From Alphaproteobacteria bacterium (GTDB taxonomy: Bacteria; Pseudomonadota; Alphaproteobacteria; RF32; CAG-239): 64,000 nt of DNA. Made by a program: the position numbers and the translations under genes. The stretch lies in contig JAFVFB010000005.1 in assembly GCA_017475705.1 (NCBI GenBank), positions 1,405 through 65,404 on the forward strand, read 5' to 3'. Positions 9,245-18,958 of this stretch are shown here, piece after piece; position 1 is the first letter of the stretch, and every line of letters starts with the position of its first letter. The notes beneath the pieces were generated by a model. The model searched no databases and was not told where the DNA came from. It worked only from the letters and a program-made list of their open reading frames with translations.

Positions 9245-9598
9245 ATGAAAAAACTTTTGATGACAATTTTAGTTGTCTCAGGTTGCTTTGCGTTTCAGGC
9301 TCAAGCAGAAAATATGGATACCACAGCTCATGAAAACGATATGATTACCATTAGTGAGGCTATGGAACTTTCTAACAATACTCCTGTTATGCTGATGGGA
9401 ACGATTACTGAAAATCAAGGCAATGGAAAATATCTGCTTAAAGATAATAGCGGACAAACGATAGTCATTATTGAAGATGGTGATTGGATTGGTGTTGTGG
9501 CACAACCAGGTAATATGGTACAAATTCAGGGAATCATTGACCGAAATGACAACGAAACTTTCCAAATCGATGCATCTTCAGCAATGGTTCAGCAATAG
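9245..9598 (+). CDS. Periplasmic OB-fold protein, YgiW/BOF family
   Basis: GAAGGAG SD before ATG 9245. Signal peptide ending AFQAQA. GTITEN.GNGKYLLKDNSGQTIVIIEDGDW...G..V.IQG layout resembles YgiW. Confidence 0.7.
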   Translation: MKKLLMTILVVSGCFAFQAQAENMDTTAHENDMITISEAMELSNNTPVMLMGTITENQGNGKYLLKDNSGQTIVIIEDGDWIGVVAQPGNMVQIQGIIDRNDNETFQIDASSAMVQQ

Positions 9599-9607
9599 AT
9601 CTTGTTT

Positions 9608-9644
9608 AACGCCATTGATTCTATTCAATGGCGTTATTTCTTTT
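9608..9644. terminator. Bidirectional terminator between the BOF gene and adh
   Basis: AACGCCATTG-N8-CAATGGCGTT followed by ATTTCTTTT. The flanking genes are convergent. Confidence 0.65.
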
Positions 9645-10818
9645 ATAAACACATTTCAAATATTTTTTCTACGTCTTTGGGGGTTAAATCACGATATCCC
9701 ATAATTTTATCGCCTCGACAAGCTTTTTCTGCCATTATTGAAAAATTGCGGCAATCGATACCTAAATCTGATAGTCGACTTTGCAATCCCAATTCTTCAT
9801 AAAAAAACTTTTTAAGCCGCTGAATAGCGCTTTTTGCTCCATTCATGTCTGTTGTATCTGCTGATAAGCCAAAAACGTTTACCCCAAATTTTTTAATATC
9901 CTTAGCAGTTTGATTATCTAAGATGTATTCCATCCATCTCGGTATAATAATTGCCAATCCTAAGCCATGGGTAATGTCATAAAAAGCTGAAAGTTCATGT
10001 TCCATTGCATGACAAGTTGTCATTTGTCTCGGTCCACCTTGCAAAAATCCATTCAATGCCCATGAAGAGGCCCACATCAAATTGGACCTCGCCTCATAAT
10101 CATCCGGAATTTTAACTGCAATGGGAGCATATTTTACAACTGTCTTTAATACGGCTTCCATTACTTTATCTAACATATCCATTTTAGGATATCTGTTAAA
10201 GTAACAAACATCAAAAATATGAGCCATGATATCAGCACTTCCTGCTGCCGTTTGAAAAGAATTAACGGTATAAGTATTCTCTGGATCTAAAAAAGATGCT
10301 GTTGGTTGTAATAAAGGATGGAGTAATCCTATTTTTTGCTTTGTTTCTACATTAGAAATTACGGCAGCATTATCCATTTCTGATCCTGTTGCGGCTAAGG
10401 TTAAGACAGTTAATAAAGGCATTGCTTTTTTTATTTCAGCTTTGTGAATTATTAAATCCCAAGAATCTCCTTTATAATAACGTGCAGCTGCGATTATCTT
10501 GGTACAGTCAATCGTCGAACCTCCTCCCACTGCAAGTAGAACGTCTATATCCTTTTCTATGCATATCTTCACACCTTGATTAACTGTCGTGTGGCGTGGA
10601 TTTGGTTCTATTCCTCCGAACTCAAAAACTGTTAATCCAGCCTCAATGAGAACTTTTAATATTTTATCGTATAAGCCTGTACGCTTAATAGAACCACCAC
10701 CATATGTCAATAAGACTCTGTTTCCATATTTTTTTACTTCTTGTGGTAGATAAACCAATTGTTCATTACCAAAATATATTTTCGTCGTATTTTGAAAAAT
10801 AAAATTATTTGTAATCAT
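9643..10818 (-). CDS. Iron-containing alcohol dehydrogenase (YqhD/butanol dehydrogenase-like)
   Basis: ORF 9643-10878. The internal ATG at 10818 follows a GGAG SD. Fe-ADH motifs: GGGS.ID..K, ATGSEMD and H...HG.G. Confidence 0.85.
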   Translation of the reverse strand: MITNNFIFQNTTKIYFGNEQLVYLPQEVKKYGNRVLLTYGGGSIKRTGLYDKILKVLIEAGLTVFEFGGIEPNPRHTTVNQGVKICIEKDIDVLLAVGGGSTIDCTKIIAAARYYKGDSWDLIIHKAEIKKAMPLLTVLTLAATGSEMDNAAVISNVETKQKIGLLHPLLQPTASFLDPENTYTVNSFQTAAGSADIMAHIFDVCYFNRYPKMDMLDKVMEAVLKTVVKYAPIAVKIPDDYEARSNLMWASSWALNGFLQGGPRQMTTCHAMEHELSAFYDITHGLGLAIIIPRWMEYILDNQTAKDIKKFGVNVFGLSADTTDMNGAKSAIQRLKKFFYEELGLQSRLSDLGIDCRNFSIMAEKACRGDKIMGYRDLTPKDVEKIFEMCL

Positions 10819-10968
10819 TTCATATTCTCCTATATCATGCTTATATTTACTTATATTCGTTACTTTGCTTTCATACAATATTAATCTTTATTTTGTGGAT
10901 GAATTTAAATTGCTTGACATTGCTGTCATTCTGCACAAGTTTTATATATTATTTAGCGGAGATTATCT

Positions 10969-11874
10969 ATGATAAAACACTTTCACTCTCAAAAAAATTG
11001 TTTCTTTGACCATCACCCAGATGTTAATGAAAAATCGATTTTTTATTTAACTGTTTCCTTTGTGATTAATATGTTGCTCTCAATTATCGAATTTGTTGGC
11101 GGTATTTTAGCCGGCAGTATTGCACTGATTGGTGATGCTTTGCATAACACATCCGATGCTCTATCGATCTTGGTTGCTATCATAGCCTTTAAGATCGGAC
11201 GAAAAAAGGCATCTACTAAATATACATATGGCTATAAACGTGCTGAAGTCATTGGTGGATTTGTTAATCTTATTTTATTATTTATTTCCGGAATTTATCT
11301 TTTGTTTGATGGTATTCTTCGTCTTATTGCACCTCAGCAAATTGATGGTCGTATGATACTATGGATTTCTCTTTTGGCTCTGATTATTGATGCCTTGACA
11401 GCCCAAATATCGCATAAAGATGCTAAACACAATACTAATATGAAAATGGTCTTTATTCACAATTTAGCTGATGCTTTCGGATCTTTAGGAGCTATACTTT
11501 CTGGTTTATTGATCTTGTATTGTAATATTTATTGGGCTGATGGTGTTATTGCTTTATTTATTGCCTTTTATATGATTTTTCAAGCCGCTATATCTTTTCC
11601 TAAAACAATTGATATTCTGATGAACGCTGCACCAGAAAACATCGATATTCTTGCAATTAAAAATACTCTTTGTCAATTAAAGGGAGTTAAAGGAATTCAT
11701 CATATTCATCTTTGGCGGATTAATGAATATGATGTTTCTCTTGAATGTCATATTGAAGCCGATGATTTACAACTTACTTCTGTTATTAGAAATGTTCTAT
11801 ATGAAAAATTTAATATCAAACATTGTACCATTCAGTTAGAAGATAAAAACTGTTGCCAACATTGTCATCTTTAA
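10969..11874 (+). CDS. Cation diffusion facilitator family metal efflux transporter (CzcD/ZitB-like)
   Basis: 301 aa with six TMs. GSIALIGDALHNTSDA and HNLADAFGS motifs. Cys/His-rich C-terminus CCQHCHL. Confidence 0.88.
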   Translation: MIKHFHSQKNCFFDHHPDVNEKSIFYLTVSFVINMLLSIIEFVGGILAGSIALIGDALHNTSDALSILVAIIAFKIGRKKASTKYTYGYKRAEVIGGFVNLILLFISGIYLLFDGILRLIAPQQIDGRMILWISLLALIIDALTAQISHKDAKHNTNMKMVFIHNLADAFGSLGAILSGLLILYCNIYWADGVIALFIAFYMIFQAAISFPKTIDILMNAAPENIDILAIKNTLCQLKGVKGIHHIHLWRINEYDVSLECHIEADDLQLTSVIRNVLYEKFNIKHCTIQLEDKNCCQHCHL

Positions 11875-11891
11875 ATTTGAAAGATTATCGC

Positions 11892-12521
11892 ATGCTTGTT
11901 TACAAACTTCCTCTTACAGATATTATCACTACTAATGCTTATTTTTATATAGATGAAAAATCTCTACATGGCTTTTTGATTGACCCTGGCGCTCAGGCAG
12001 ACAAGGTTATTAAAATTATACAAAACAATCATTGGATAATTGAAAAAATTTTGCTAACGCATGGACATTTTGATCATATTGGTGCTGTTCAATACCTTAG
12101 TTCAGAATTGCGCATTCCTTATTTTATTCACCAGAATGGCCTACAATATCTTACAAATCCTGAGTTAAACTTATCTACCCTATTCTCTTCTCCTATTTCT
12201 CTTTTTGAAGCTTCCTATCTTAATGATAATGATGTGGTTCCTTTAAATGCTGCTCACTCCTTTTCTCTGAGGGTTATTCATTGTCCTGGTCATACCCAAG
12301 ATAGTGTCATCTATTATGATATTCAAAATTCCGTTGCCTTTTCTGGTGATGTTATTTTTCAAGAAGGCTATGGACGAACTGATTTGCCTGGCGGTAATCA
12401 ACAATTATTATTGCAAAATATAAAATATAAAATACTTACATTACCTTCTCATACCATTCTTTATCCTGGCCATGGTTTATCTACAACTGTCGAAGAGCAA
12501 AAAAAATTATATCGATTTTGA
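11892..12521 (+). CDS. MBL-fold metallo-hydrolase (glyoxalase II-like)
   Basis: THGHFDHIG motif plus downstream HCPGHT and the D/H ligands GDVIF..G.GRTD and YPGHG. Start taken at ATG 11892. Confidence 0.8.
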   Translation: MLVYKLPLTDIITTNAYFYIDEKSLHGFLIDPGAQADKVIKIIQNNHWIIEKILLTHGHFDHIGAVQYLSSELRIPYFIHQNGLQYLTNPELNLSTLFSSPISLFEASYLNDNDVVPLNAAHSFSLRVIHCPGHTQDSVIYYDIQNSVAFSGDVIFQEGYGRTDLPGGNQQLLLQNIKYKILTLPSHTILYPGHGLSTTVEEQKKLYRF

Positions 12522-12532
12522 TCTTTTTTCAT

Positions 12533-12570
12533 AAAAAAAACTCCAATTCATGTAGAATTGGAGTTTTTTG
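12533..12570. terminator. Bidirectional terminator
   Basis: A8-CTCCAATTC-ATGTA-GAATTGGAG-T6. Lies between convergent genes. Confidence 0.8.
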
Positions 12571-12584
12571 CGGGTTATTGGTAA

Positions 12585-13319
12585 TCAGATTGCATTTACA
12601 GCATATCCGAATACCGCACCTTCATCCCAAAGCTTTGTTCCTTGGCGTTTCAGTGCTGCTGCTGATACATTTTTTACAGCTTCTCCCTGCTCATCAATTA
12701 GCCCGACATAATCTGGACTATTGACCCAAAAATAAGTGGTCGAAGGTGTCACAATAATTCCCACAGAACTACAAACAGCGCCTAGAACAGGTTCTTCTGT
12801 TGCATTGTTTATAATGCCCCATTTCCCTTTTTGTTTATAGAAAGAAAAACCATTATCCAGCACTAGGACATTTTCTTTAAGGCCCTCTACTTGTGCAACA
12901 TTCCTTAAATTGCCAAATGGATAAGCAAGTATATTCCCTGTAGGAAGGAATGCTCTAACATACTTAGCACTGTCAGCAACGGGCTTTGTGGAACCGGCAT
13001 ATTGTTGCTTAACCTCAAAACTGTCACAGCGACAAAATGTGCGGCCCAGAGGAGTCATTAAAGCTTTACTGCCATCCTTCTGATAACCGACCAAGAACCC
13101 CTTTCGGTCTTCAATCTTTGTGAAGTCGGTGACAGAACGATATCCATCCTTGTCATAGAGGACAAGGGTCACCACACCGGTATCTTTTTCTTCTACCAGC
13201 GTTAACTGGCCAATCTTTTGGCCTTCCGGAACTTTTTTTTCTTCTTTTTTTACGCTGTTGCAACTGCATACAGCAACGCACATGGCTATTGCCACTGCGG
13301 CAATGATCATTTTTTTCAT
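12585..13319 (-). CDS. Lipoprotein with WG-type beta-repeat character
   Basis: 244 aa. Lipobox AVCS-C. GKWGIINN-type motif. G+C is visibly higher than in the flanking sequence (30/60 and 25/60 in two hand-counted lines). Confidence 0.7.
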   Translation of the reverse strand: MKKMIIAAVAIAMCVAVCSCNSVKKEEKKVPEGQKIGQLTLVEEKDTGVVTLVLYDKDGYRSVTDFTKIEDRKGFLVGYQKDGSKALMTPLGRTFCRCDSFEVKQQYAGSTKPVADSAKYVRAFLPTGNILAYPFGNLRNVAQVEGLKENVLVLDNGFSFYKQKGKWGIINNATEEPVLGAVCSSVGIIVTPSTTYFWVNSPDYVGLIDEQGEAVKNVSAAALKRQGTKLWDEGAVFGYAVNAI

Positions 13320-13563
13320 AATAAAAAAATTAATTAGTTAGACATAATTGTATTATCGCTGTGCTTATCTTTAATACATAAAAACAATATTGTCAATATT
13401 TTTTTGTCCCATTTATATTTATCGCTTAATCTCTTCCTTAACGTATTGATGTTTTGACATATCCATATTTGACAAAATAAAGATATCCTCTGTTACATTA
13501 TGTAATATTTTGTTGGTTTTAATCTTATATTCATATTGTATTATTAAGTATATGGAGGTTATT

Positions 13564-13941
13564 ATGATTTTTTGTGATATGGATGGTGTTTTAGTTGATT
13601 TCGATGGTTATTTTGTGAAAAAGCATGGCATTTTGCCGAGTCTTTTACCTCGAGCAGAATTATGGAAAATTGTTTTAAATACGGATAATTACTGGGTTAA
13701 CTTACCTAAAATGCCTGATGCAGATATTTTGATTAATTATCTTAAAAAAAATGAGTTTTGTATTCTAACCGGATTACCGGTTTATGGCTTTGACAAGGCT
13801 AAAAAAGAAGAATGTTTATGGTTAAAAAAACATTATAATATTACAGATGGCATCATTTGCTGTCTTAGCAAAGATAAACAAAATTATGGTAAGCCTCAAG
13901 ACATACTCATTGATGATCGCCAAAATAACATTTTTAAGTAA
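13564..13941 (+). CDS. HAD-superfamily 5'(3')-deoxyribonucleotidase-like protein, apparently C-terminally short
   Basis: GGAGG SD before ATG 13564. DMDGVLVDF (DxDxV) and LIDDR motifs. It ends about 10 aa after IDD, whereas the homologues I recall continue for about 40 aa. Confidence 0.6.
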   Translation: MIFCDMDGVLVDFDGYFVKKHGILPSLLPRAELWKIVLNTDNYWVNLPKMPDADILINYLKKNEFCILTGLPVYGFDKAKKEECLWLKKHYNITDGIICCLSKDKQNYGKPQDILIDDRQNNIFK

Positions 13942-14446
13942 TATATATCGTAGTGCAACACTTTATGACCAAATTATTTTTCATCATCAACAACTCTACC
14001 CTCGATTGGTTTCTTGTGAGTATTTTAATCGAGTTGTACAAATGCTGCCAAACATGATTGAGAAAATTAATCATTTTCAACAAGAATATGCCAATCAAGT
14101 CGATTTACTCGTATTAAACCGTCAGAATCAGTTACTTTATGATACACGCAAAGCTTCTCTAGAAAAGATACAGGATGTTATCTTTAAGGAAGAAAACCGC
14201 ATTCTGTTGCCAGAAGAAGTGACAACTATTCATATGCAGCTATATAAAATCAGACGTAATATTCAATATCGTTATGAAAATAATCTTTATACTCCCTGCC
14301 AAAATGAAATTCAAGCTGCCCGGCAAGCAACCTGCGATATTTATAGGCTCATTCAACAGAGATATCCTCTTCCAACACAGCACAATATCCCAAAAAATTT
14401 CTCTGTAGAATTTACCCGTTCCTATCCACTGGATTTATCGCGCTAA
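13847..14446 (+). CDS. Hypothetical protein (start uncertain; 5' part overlaps the HAD gene)
   Basis: 199 aa ORF. The first in-frame ATG after the HAD stop is at 14042. No motif recognised. Confidence 0.35.
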   Translation: MASFAVLAKINKIMVSLKTYSLMIAKITFLSNIYRSATLYDQIIFHHQQLYPRLVSCEYFNRVVQMLPNMIEKINHFQQEYANQVDLLVLNRQNQLLYDTRKASLEKIQDVIFKEENRILLPEEVTTIHMQLYKIRRNIQYRYENNLYTPCQNEIQAARQATCDIYRLIQQRYPLPTQHNIPKNFSVEFTRSYPLDLSR

Positions 14447-15192
14447 TTCTGCTCTATTTCTGGCTTTTTCCCTTCTTTTATTTGGCTTAAGATTTTTTCA
14501 GCTGCTTTTTTTAATCCTGCAATATAGCCTAATTCGTCATCAGCTTCTTTCTTCCATGCCATTGACATCACAGGTGCTTTAACGGGTGATAAAAACCGAT
14601 ATAAAGAGGCCAATGATGTAGAACCTTGATAATTTCCGACCACATCAGATAGGAGACGCGGCTTATATATTATGATTGGAAAACTTTCTTTTCTGGTCAT
14701 TTTATTAATTAACTCCTCTATTTGTTTTGAGGCATGATTATTGCTATCCGCAACATAGAAGAAACCCTTCAAGGTCTTCTTATGTTCCTGCCAATAAGCA
14801 TTCGTCACTTCTAATATATTAGCTATATCGCCATATTCAGGATGATAAGATGCTTTAGAATGTTTTTGTAGCAGTTGATTTGCGGCCAGGTGGAATATAA
14901 ATTCTATTTCCAAATCATTTTTATCTGCAGTTGCAAAAACAGATGCTAAAAAAGAAATTTCACTTGTATCTCCAAAACAAAATTGGATGTCATATTTTTT
15001 AAATTGTTCCTTTGATATGGGAAGTGCCGTTGTTATTTTGACGTGCTTATTATTCAAAATTTCTGGTGAAAACGAATCGGCACCTTCACCTAATGCTATA
15101 ATTTTGTATCCCTTAGAAACTAAAAATGATAACAGATGTTGTCCGATTGTTCCAGTGGCTCCTGTTACTAAAAGTACTTTATTGAACTGCAT
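14443..15192 (-). CDS. NAD(P)-binding Rossmann-fold protein (epimerase/SDR-like)
   Basis: GGAGG SD before ATG 15192. VLLVTGATGTIGQHL glycine-rich motif. Confidence 0.65.
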   Translation of the reverse strand: MQFNKVLLVTGATGTIGQHLLSFLVSKGYKIIALGEGADSFSPEILNNKHVKITTALPISKEQFKKYDIQFCFGDTSEISFLASVFATADKNDLEIEFIFHLAANQLLQKHSKASYHPEYGDIANILEVTNAYWQEHKKTLKGFFYVADSNNHASKQIEELINKMTRKESFPIIIYKPRLLSDVVGNYQGSTSLASLYRFLSPVKAPVMSMAWKKEADDELGYIAGLKKAAEKILSQIKEGKKPEIEQN

Positions 15193-15322
15193 TATGGTCT
15201 CCTCCATTATGATTTTGGTTATTGTCACACACTTTATGCTATTTCGCAAGTAAAATTTTCTTTTACTTTTTTTAAACGTTTTCAAGTTAGAAGGTACTAC
15301 TTTATAGTAGGAGCTTATTAAA

Positions 15323-16057
15323 ATGTATAAATTGTTTTTTTCCCTATTTTTGGTGTTCTCTCTTGTAGGATGTCAAGTCAGCCATTTAACGACTTTGTAT
15401 GATGATAAGACATCAATTGAAGAAAATGGCCTTAGAGTTGATGCACTTCATCATCCTATTACTGGGATTTATCAACGCCACAGTGCTAAAATGAGCCTTT
15501 TGGAGGAAGCTTACTATGTTGATGGTTTACCTGATGGCATTTATAAGACCTACTATAAAAATGGCAAACTAGCTTTATCTCAGCAATACCATAAAGGAAA
15601 ACTTAATGGTAAAACCATCAGTTATTATGAAAACGGCCAGACACATGAAATTCTATCTTATGTTCATCAGAAGCTTAACGGAGGTCAACTTGCTTACTAT
15701 CCCAATGGAGATTTGATGCGTAAAGGTAGTTATAAAAATGGATTAAAGCATGGAGTGTTTGAAGAATATTATACCAATGGCGCTGTAAAGAGTTCCATTA
15801 CTTATCGACATGGCAAACAGCATGGTCCTTCTCGTTTTTATACTCCAGATAATCATTTAATAAATTATACAGAGTTTGTTCATGGATTACGTGATGGGCC
15901 AGCCTATTCTTATTATAAAAATGGGAATCCTCAAACCCTTGCCTATCGCAAACATGATAAATTAGATGGTATTGTTAAAGAATTCGATGAACAAGGGCAA
16001 CTTGTTTCTTTAATAACATATCAAAATGGAATAAAATTAAATAGCGTAAAATTTTAA
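15323..16057 (+). CDS. MORN-variant (YwqK-like) repeat lipoprotein
   Basis: 244 aa. Lipobox LVG-C. Reiterated YY.NG.....Y..GK..G units (YYKNGK, YYENGQ, YYPNGD, YYTNGA, YYKNGN). Confidence 0.8.
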   Translation: MYKLFFSLFLVFSLVGCQVSHLTTLYDDKTSIEENGLRVDALHHPITGIYQRHSAKMSLLEEAYYVDGLPDGIYKTYYKNGKLALSQQYHKGKLNGKTISYYENGQTHEILSYVHQKLNGGQLAYYPNGDLMRKGSYKNGLKHGVFEEYYTNGAVKSSITYRHGKQHGPSRFYTPDNHLINYTEFVHGLRDGPAYSYYKNGNPQTLAYRKHDKLDGIVKEFDEQGQLVSLITYQNGIKLNSVKF

Positions 16058-16125
16058 TTTTTTTGTTGCGAGATGATTTTTTGTTGCTATAATTACTCTA
16101 TGCTGTTTAATGTGGTTTATTGGTG

Positions 16126-17070
16126 ATGACTGATAAGAATGATAAAATTGATGTTTCCTTTGTTATGACGGTCTATAATAAAGAATATTATCTTCCGGCT
16201 GTTCTCGAGGCGTTGTTAAATCAAACAGGGTTAAAGAATCCTGAATTTATTTTTGTAGATGATGTCTCAAAAGATAATTCGGTAGAAATTATCCGGCAAA
16301 AGACCAAGGGGCTTAAAAATGTTACAATCATTGCTAAGCAGAAAAACGAAGGTACATCTATTACTATAAATCAAGGTATCCAATTAGCTAAAGGGGAATG
16401 GGTCAGAATGCTCGATTCTGATGATATTCTACCTATTGATTCTACTGAAAGAATGCTCCGTTTAGCCCGAAAGTATAAAGCGGACATGGTCTATGGACGC
16501 TTTAAGAAAACAGGACTAGAACCTATGGAGATATGTCATGAGAAGATGCCTGAAGAATTTGACTTTAGCTATAAAAATGATGCTATGCGTGCGGTTTTAA
16601 AAGGGCGTTTTACTCGTATGGGGCAGCTTATTCGTCGGCGTGTGCTACAAAAAGCTGGCGGTGCTGATACGCGTGTTTTCATCCAAGATGAAAGTATTCC
16701 TTTGCGTACAGCTCGTTTTGCAAAAGGTATTATTAAAATTTTTGCAGAAGTTGTTTTAGTACCAAAAGAAACTAACAATCTTAGTCGTAATACTACTCAG
16801 CTTGATAATGATCGCTTTTTTGCTCATTACAATATGCTACTCGATTATTATGACACATTGGATAAAGACACCGCTGCTTTGATTTATCAAAAAGCTTTGT
16901 CGGCTAATTGGAAATATGTTAAAAAGAATCTGAGCCATCCTTATTGGACAGCTGATTTTATTCGTTATATTAAATCGAAAATTTTCCATTCTCAGCCTGA
17001 CTTTCAATTCTTGGAACAGCTCGGTCATCGTTTTTTAAGTCTTGAAAATGTTTTACGCTCTAAAAATTAG
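16126..17070 (+). CDS. Family 2 glycosyltransferase
   Basis: VSFVMTVYNKEYYL...LNQT, FIFVDDVSKDNS and LDSDD motifs. ATG at 16126. Confidence 0.85.
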   Translation: MTDKNDKIDVSFVMTVYNKEYYLPAVLEALLNQTGLKNPEFIFVDDVSKDNSVEIIRQKTKGLKNVTIIAKQKNEGTSITINQGIQLAKGEWVRMLDSDDILPIDSTERMLRLARKYKADMVYGRFKKTGLEPMEICHEKMPEEFDFSYKNDAMRAVLKGRFTRMGQLIRRRVLQKAGGADTRVFIQDESIPLRTARFAKGIIKIFAEVVLVPKETNNLSRNTTQLDNDRFFAHYNMLLDYYDTLDKDTAALIYQKALSANWKYVKKNLSHPYWTADFIRYIKSKIFHSQPDFQFLEQLGHRFLSLENVLRSKN

Positions 17071-17072
17071 CT

Positions 17073-18131
17073 TTATATTATAAATGGATAATCCTCTTGT
17101 TTAAAACTTCCATCAAGTAAGGATAATAGGTATTTAGCTATTTGCACTTCATTAAATAGTGTATGGTAGCGCATCCATCCTTTTTGGGCTATTTGCATTC
17201 GTCGCTGCGGTTCTTTTATATATTGATTAATTTTCTCGACCAGTTCTTCTTTGTTACTATAAAAACCGGCCTCATCTTCTGCAAATAACTGGTTAAACCC
17301 GCTTCTCCTATCCAAAAACGCTAAGCAACCATTACCCATGGCATGAGCCATTCTATCTGAGGAATAGAGATAATCTATTGAGCGTGATAAATTTAAGACC
17401 ATGGCTGATTGCGCTAATTTTTCTAGGTATTCCACACCATCAACAGAAGGTGCATTTATCCGCGGAAACATTAATTTTGCATTAGCACATTTTTCATTCA
17501 GAAAGTTAGCGATATTTGCTGCTGACATAATTTCTCCCCCAAAATCTCTCATTACTTGCGGAGATGAAGCAAAAAAAACATCATATGGTAGGTTTTGACT
17601 TTCAAATACTTGTGCCGTTTCTATTGATTTATCTGTTGGATTAGGAATAAAACCTATCTTATTTTTGAATGGATTGAAGGGAGCATATAATTTTTTGTCT
17701 CCGGTCGTAATGAGTGTATAATCTACAACATCCAGCTTCGTTTTAATGTTTTTGATATTATTTCTGCCACTTTCAATTTGTGGATTAATAGGATCTACAT
17801 TCCATTGTAATACTTTAGTATTGGGTAGTTTTTCTTTTATTTCTGCTATGGTCTGCGGTAATATTGTATCAGCATGACCAAGTAATATGACATCAGGTTT
17901 TAAATTCAGACAAAATTTCTTGAAATTAGAATTGTTTTTCCAGGTGCTAAAAAATAACTTCTTACCCAAAATACCAAACAATCTTGCCATGTCTCTATCG
18001 CTATAGCACATTACTTGGTGTCCTAATCTGGTTAATCCATTATTTAACTTGTATCCCATAGAGGCTAAATAGCACCCTTTTAGACGTACAGTATTAAAAT
18101 TAGCGCAATGAACAATTCTTAGAGATTTCAT
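17073..18131 (-). CDS. CgeB-like (Glyco_trans_1_2-type) glycosyltransferase
   Basis: 352 aa. C-terminal S.R..HAMGNGCLAF.......LF.EDE.GFYSNKEELVEKI pattern. Confidence 0.6.
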   Translation of the reverse strand: MKSLRIVHCANFNTVRLKGCYLASMGYKLNNGLTRLGHQVMCYSDRDMARLFGILGKKLFFSTWKNNSNFKKFCLNLKPDVILLGHADTILPQTIAEIKEKLPNTKVLQWNVDPINPQIESGRNNIKNIKTKLDVVDYTLITTGDKKLYAPFNPFKNKIGFIPNPTDKSIETAQVFESQNLPYDVFFASSPQVMRDFGGEIMSAANIANFLNEKCANAKLMFPRINAPSVDGVEYLEKLAQSAMVLNLSRSIDYLYSSDRMAHAMGNGCLAFLDRRSGFNQLFAEDEAGFYSNKEELVEKINQYIKEPQRRMQIAQKGWMRYHTLFNEVQIAKYLLSLLDGSFKQEDYPFII

Positions 18132-18220
18132 ATAAAATTCCTTTACTTTAATTTTGCTATTATTTTACTTTTATCCATAACTGTTGCAACTTTGATTTTC
18201 TAACTATTAACATAAAATAT

Positions 18221-18958
18221 ATGTGGATAGCTCAAGATATTTATATTGATACCTACGGTTGTTATTGTATATTCAATTCCAAGATTGGGGTAATGATGAT
18301 TAATAATAGATACATGATGAGACTTGCCTTTTCTTCAGAGTTTTATTTTATTAAAGCTATGGATTTAAAAAATTTACCTGTTAGGCAATTACCTAAACAT
18401 TCTTCATTTGATGAGAAGACTGTAGTATTATTTTTATCTGCAGATGGCTCTGTTAGCCTTGCTGAAGGTGTAGATCTCGTTAAACAAGCTGATAATTATA
18501 TTTTCTTAAAGACTGTGGTTGCCTATTACTCATATGTGCCACTGATTAGTTTTTTTCTCACTCTAATCAAACCTATAAAAAGGCGTTTTTATATCCGTAG
18601 CTCTGTTAGCTTCACCATTCACTTGGCTGATATGATAAAAGCTGGACTACCTCGCGGTGAGCGTAATGCTCAAAATGCTTACCAACTTAATAATAAACGT
18701 TGGCATCTAGATTTTGATGAGGCACAAAAGCGCTATCAAAAACTTAGAGTTTCTTTACAAAAAAAAGGCTATGATAAAAATTATCCGATGTATGTTATGC
18801 TCAATCGTAAATTTGGGGCTAAGGACCAGCTATTGCAAGGGCATCACCGCATCGGCTTATGCAAAGAATTAGGTATTTCTGAAGTTGCTATTTCTTTTTG
18901 GGCCGCTCCGGCAACATTTACTTGGTTACAGCGGTGTTTACGTACAAATAAAGGCTAG
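18221..18958 (+). CDS. Hypothetical protein with a C-terminal ParB/sulfiredoxin-like motif
   Basis: 245 aa with an uncertain start. C-terminal [24 protein letters not shown] resembles the ParB-N DGxHR core. Confidence 0.45.
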   Translation: MWIAQDIYIDTYGCYCIFNSKIGVMMINNRYMMRLAFSSEFYFIKAMDLKNLPVRQLPKHSSFDEKTVVLFLSADGSVSLAEGVDLVKQADNYIFLKTVVAYYSYVPLISFFLTLIKPIKRRFYIRSSVSFTIHLADMIKAGLPRGERNAQNAYQLNNKRWHLDFDEAQKRYQKLRVSLQKKGYDKNYPMYVMLNRKFGAKDQLLQGHHRIGLCKELGISEVAISFWAAPATFTWLQRCLRTNKG

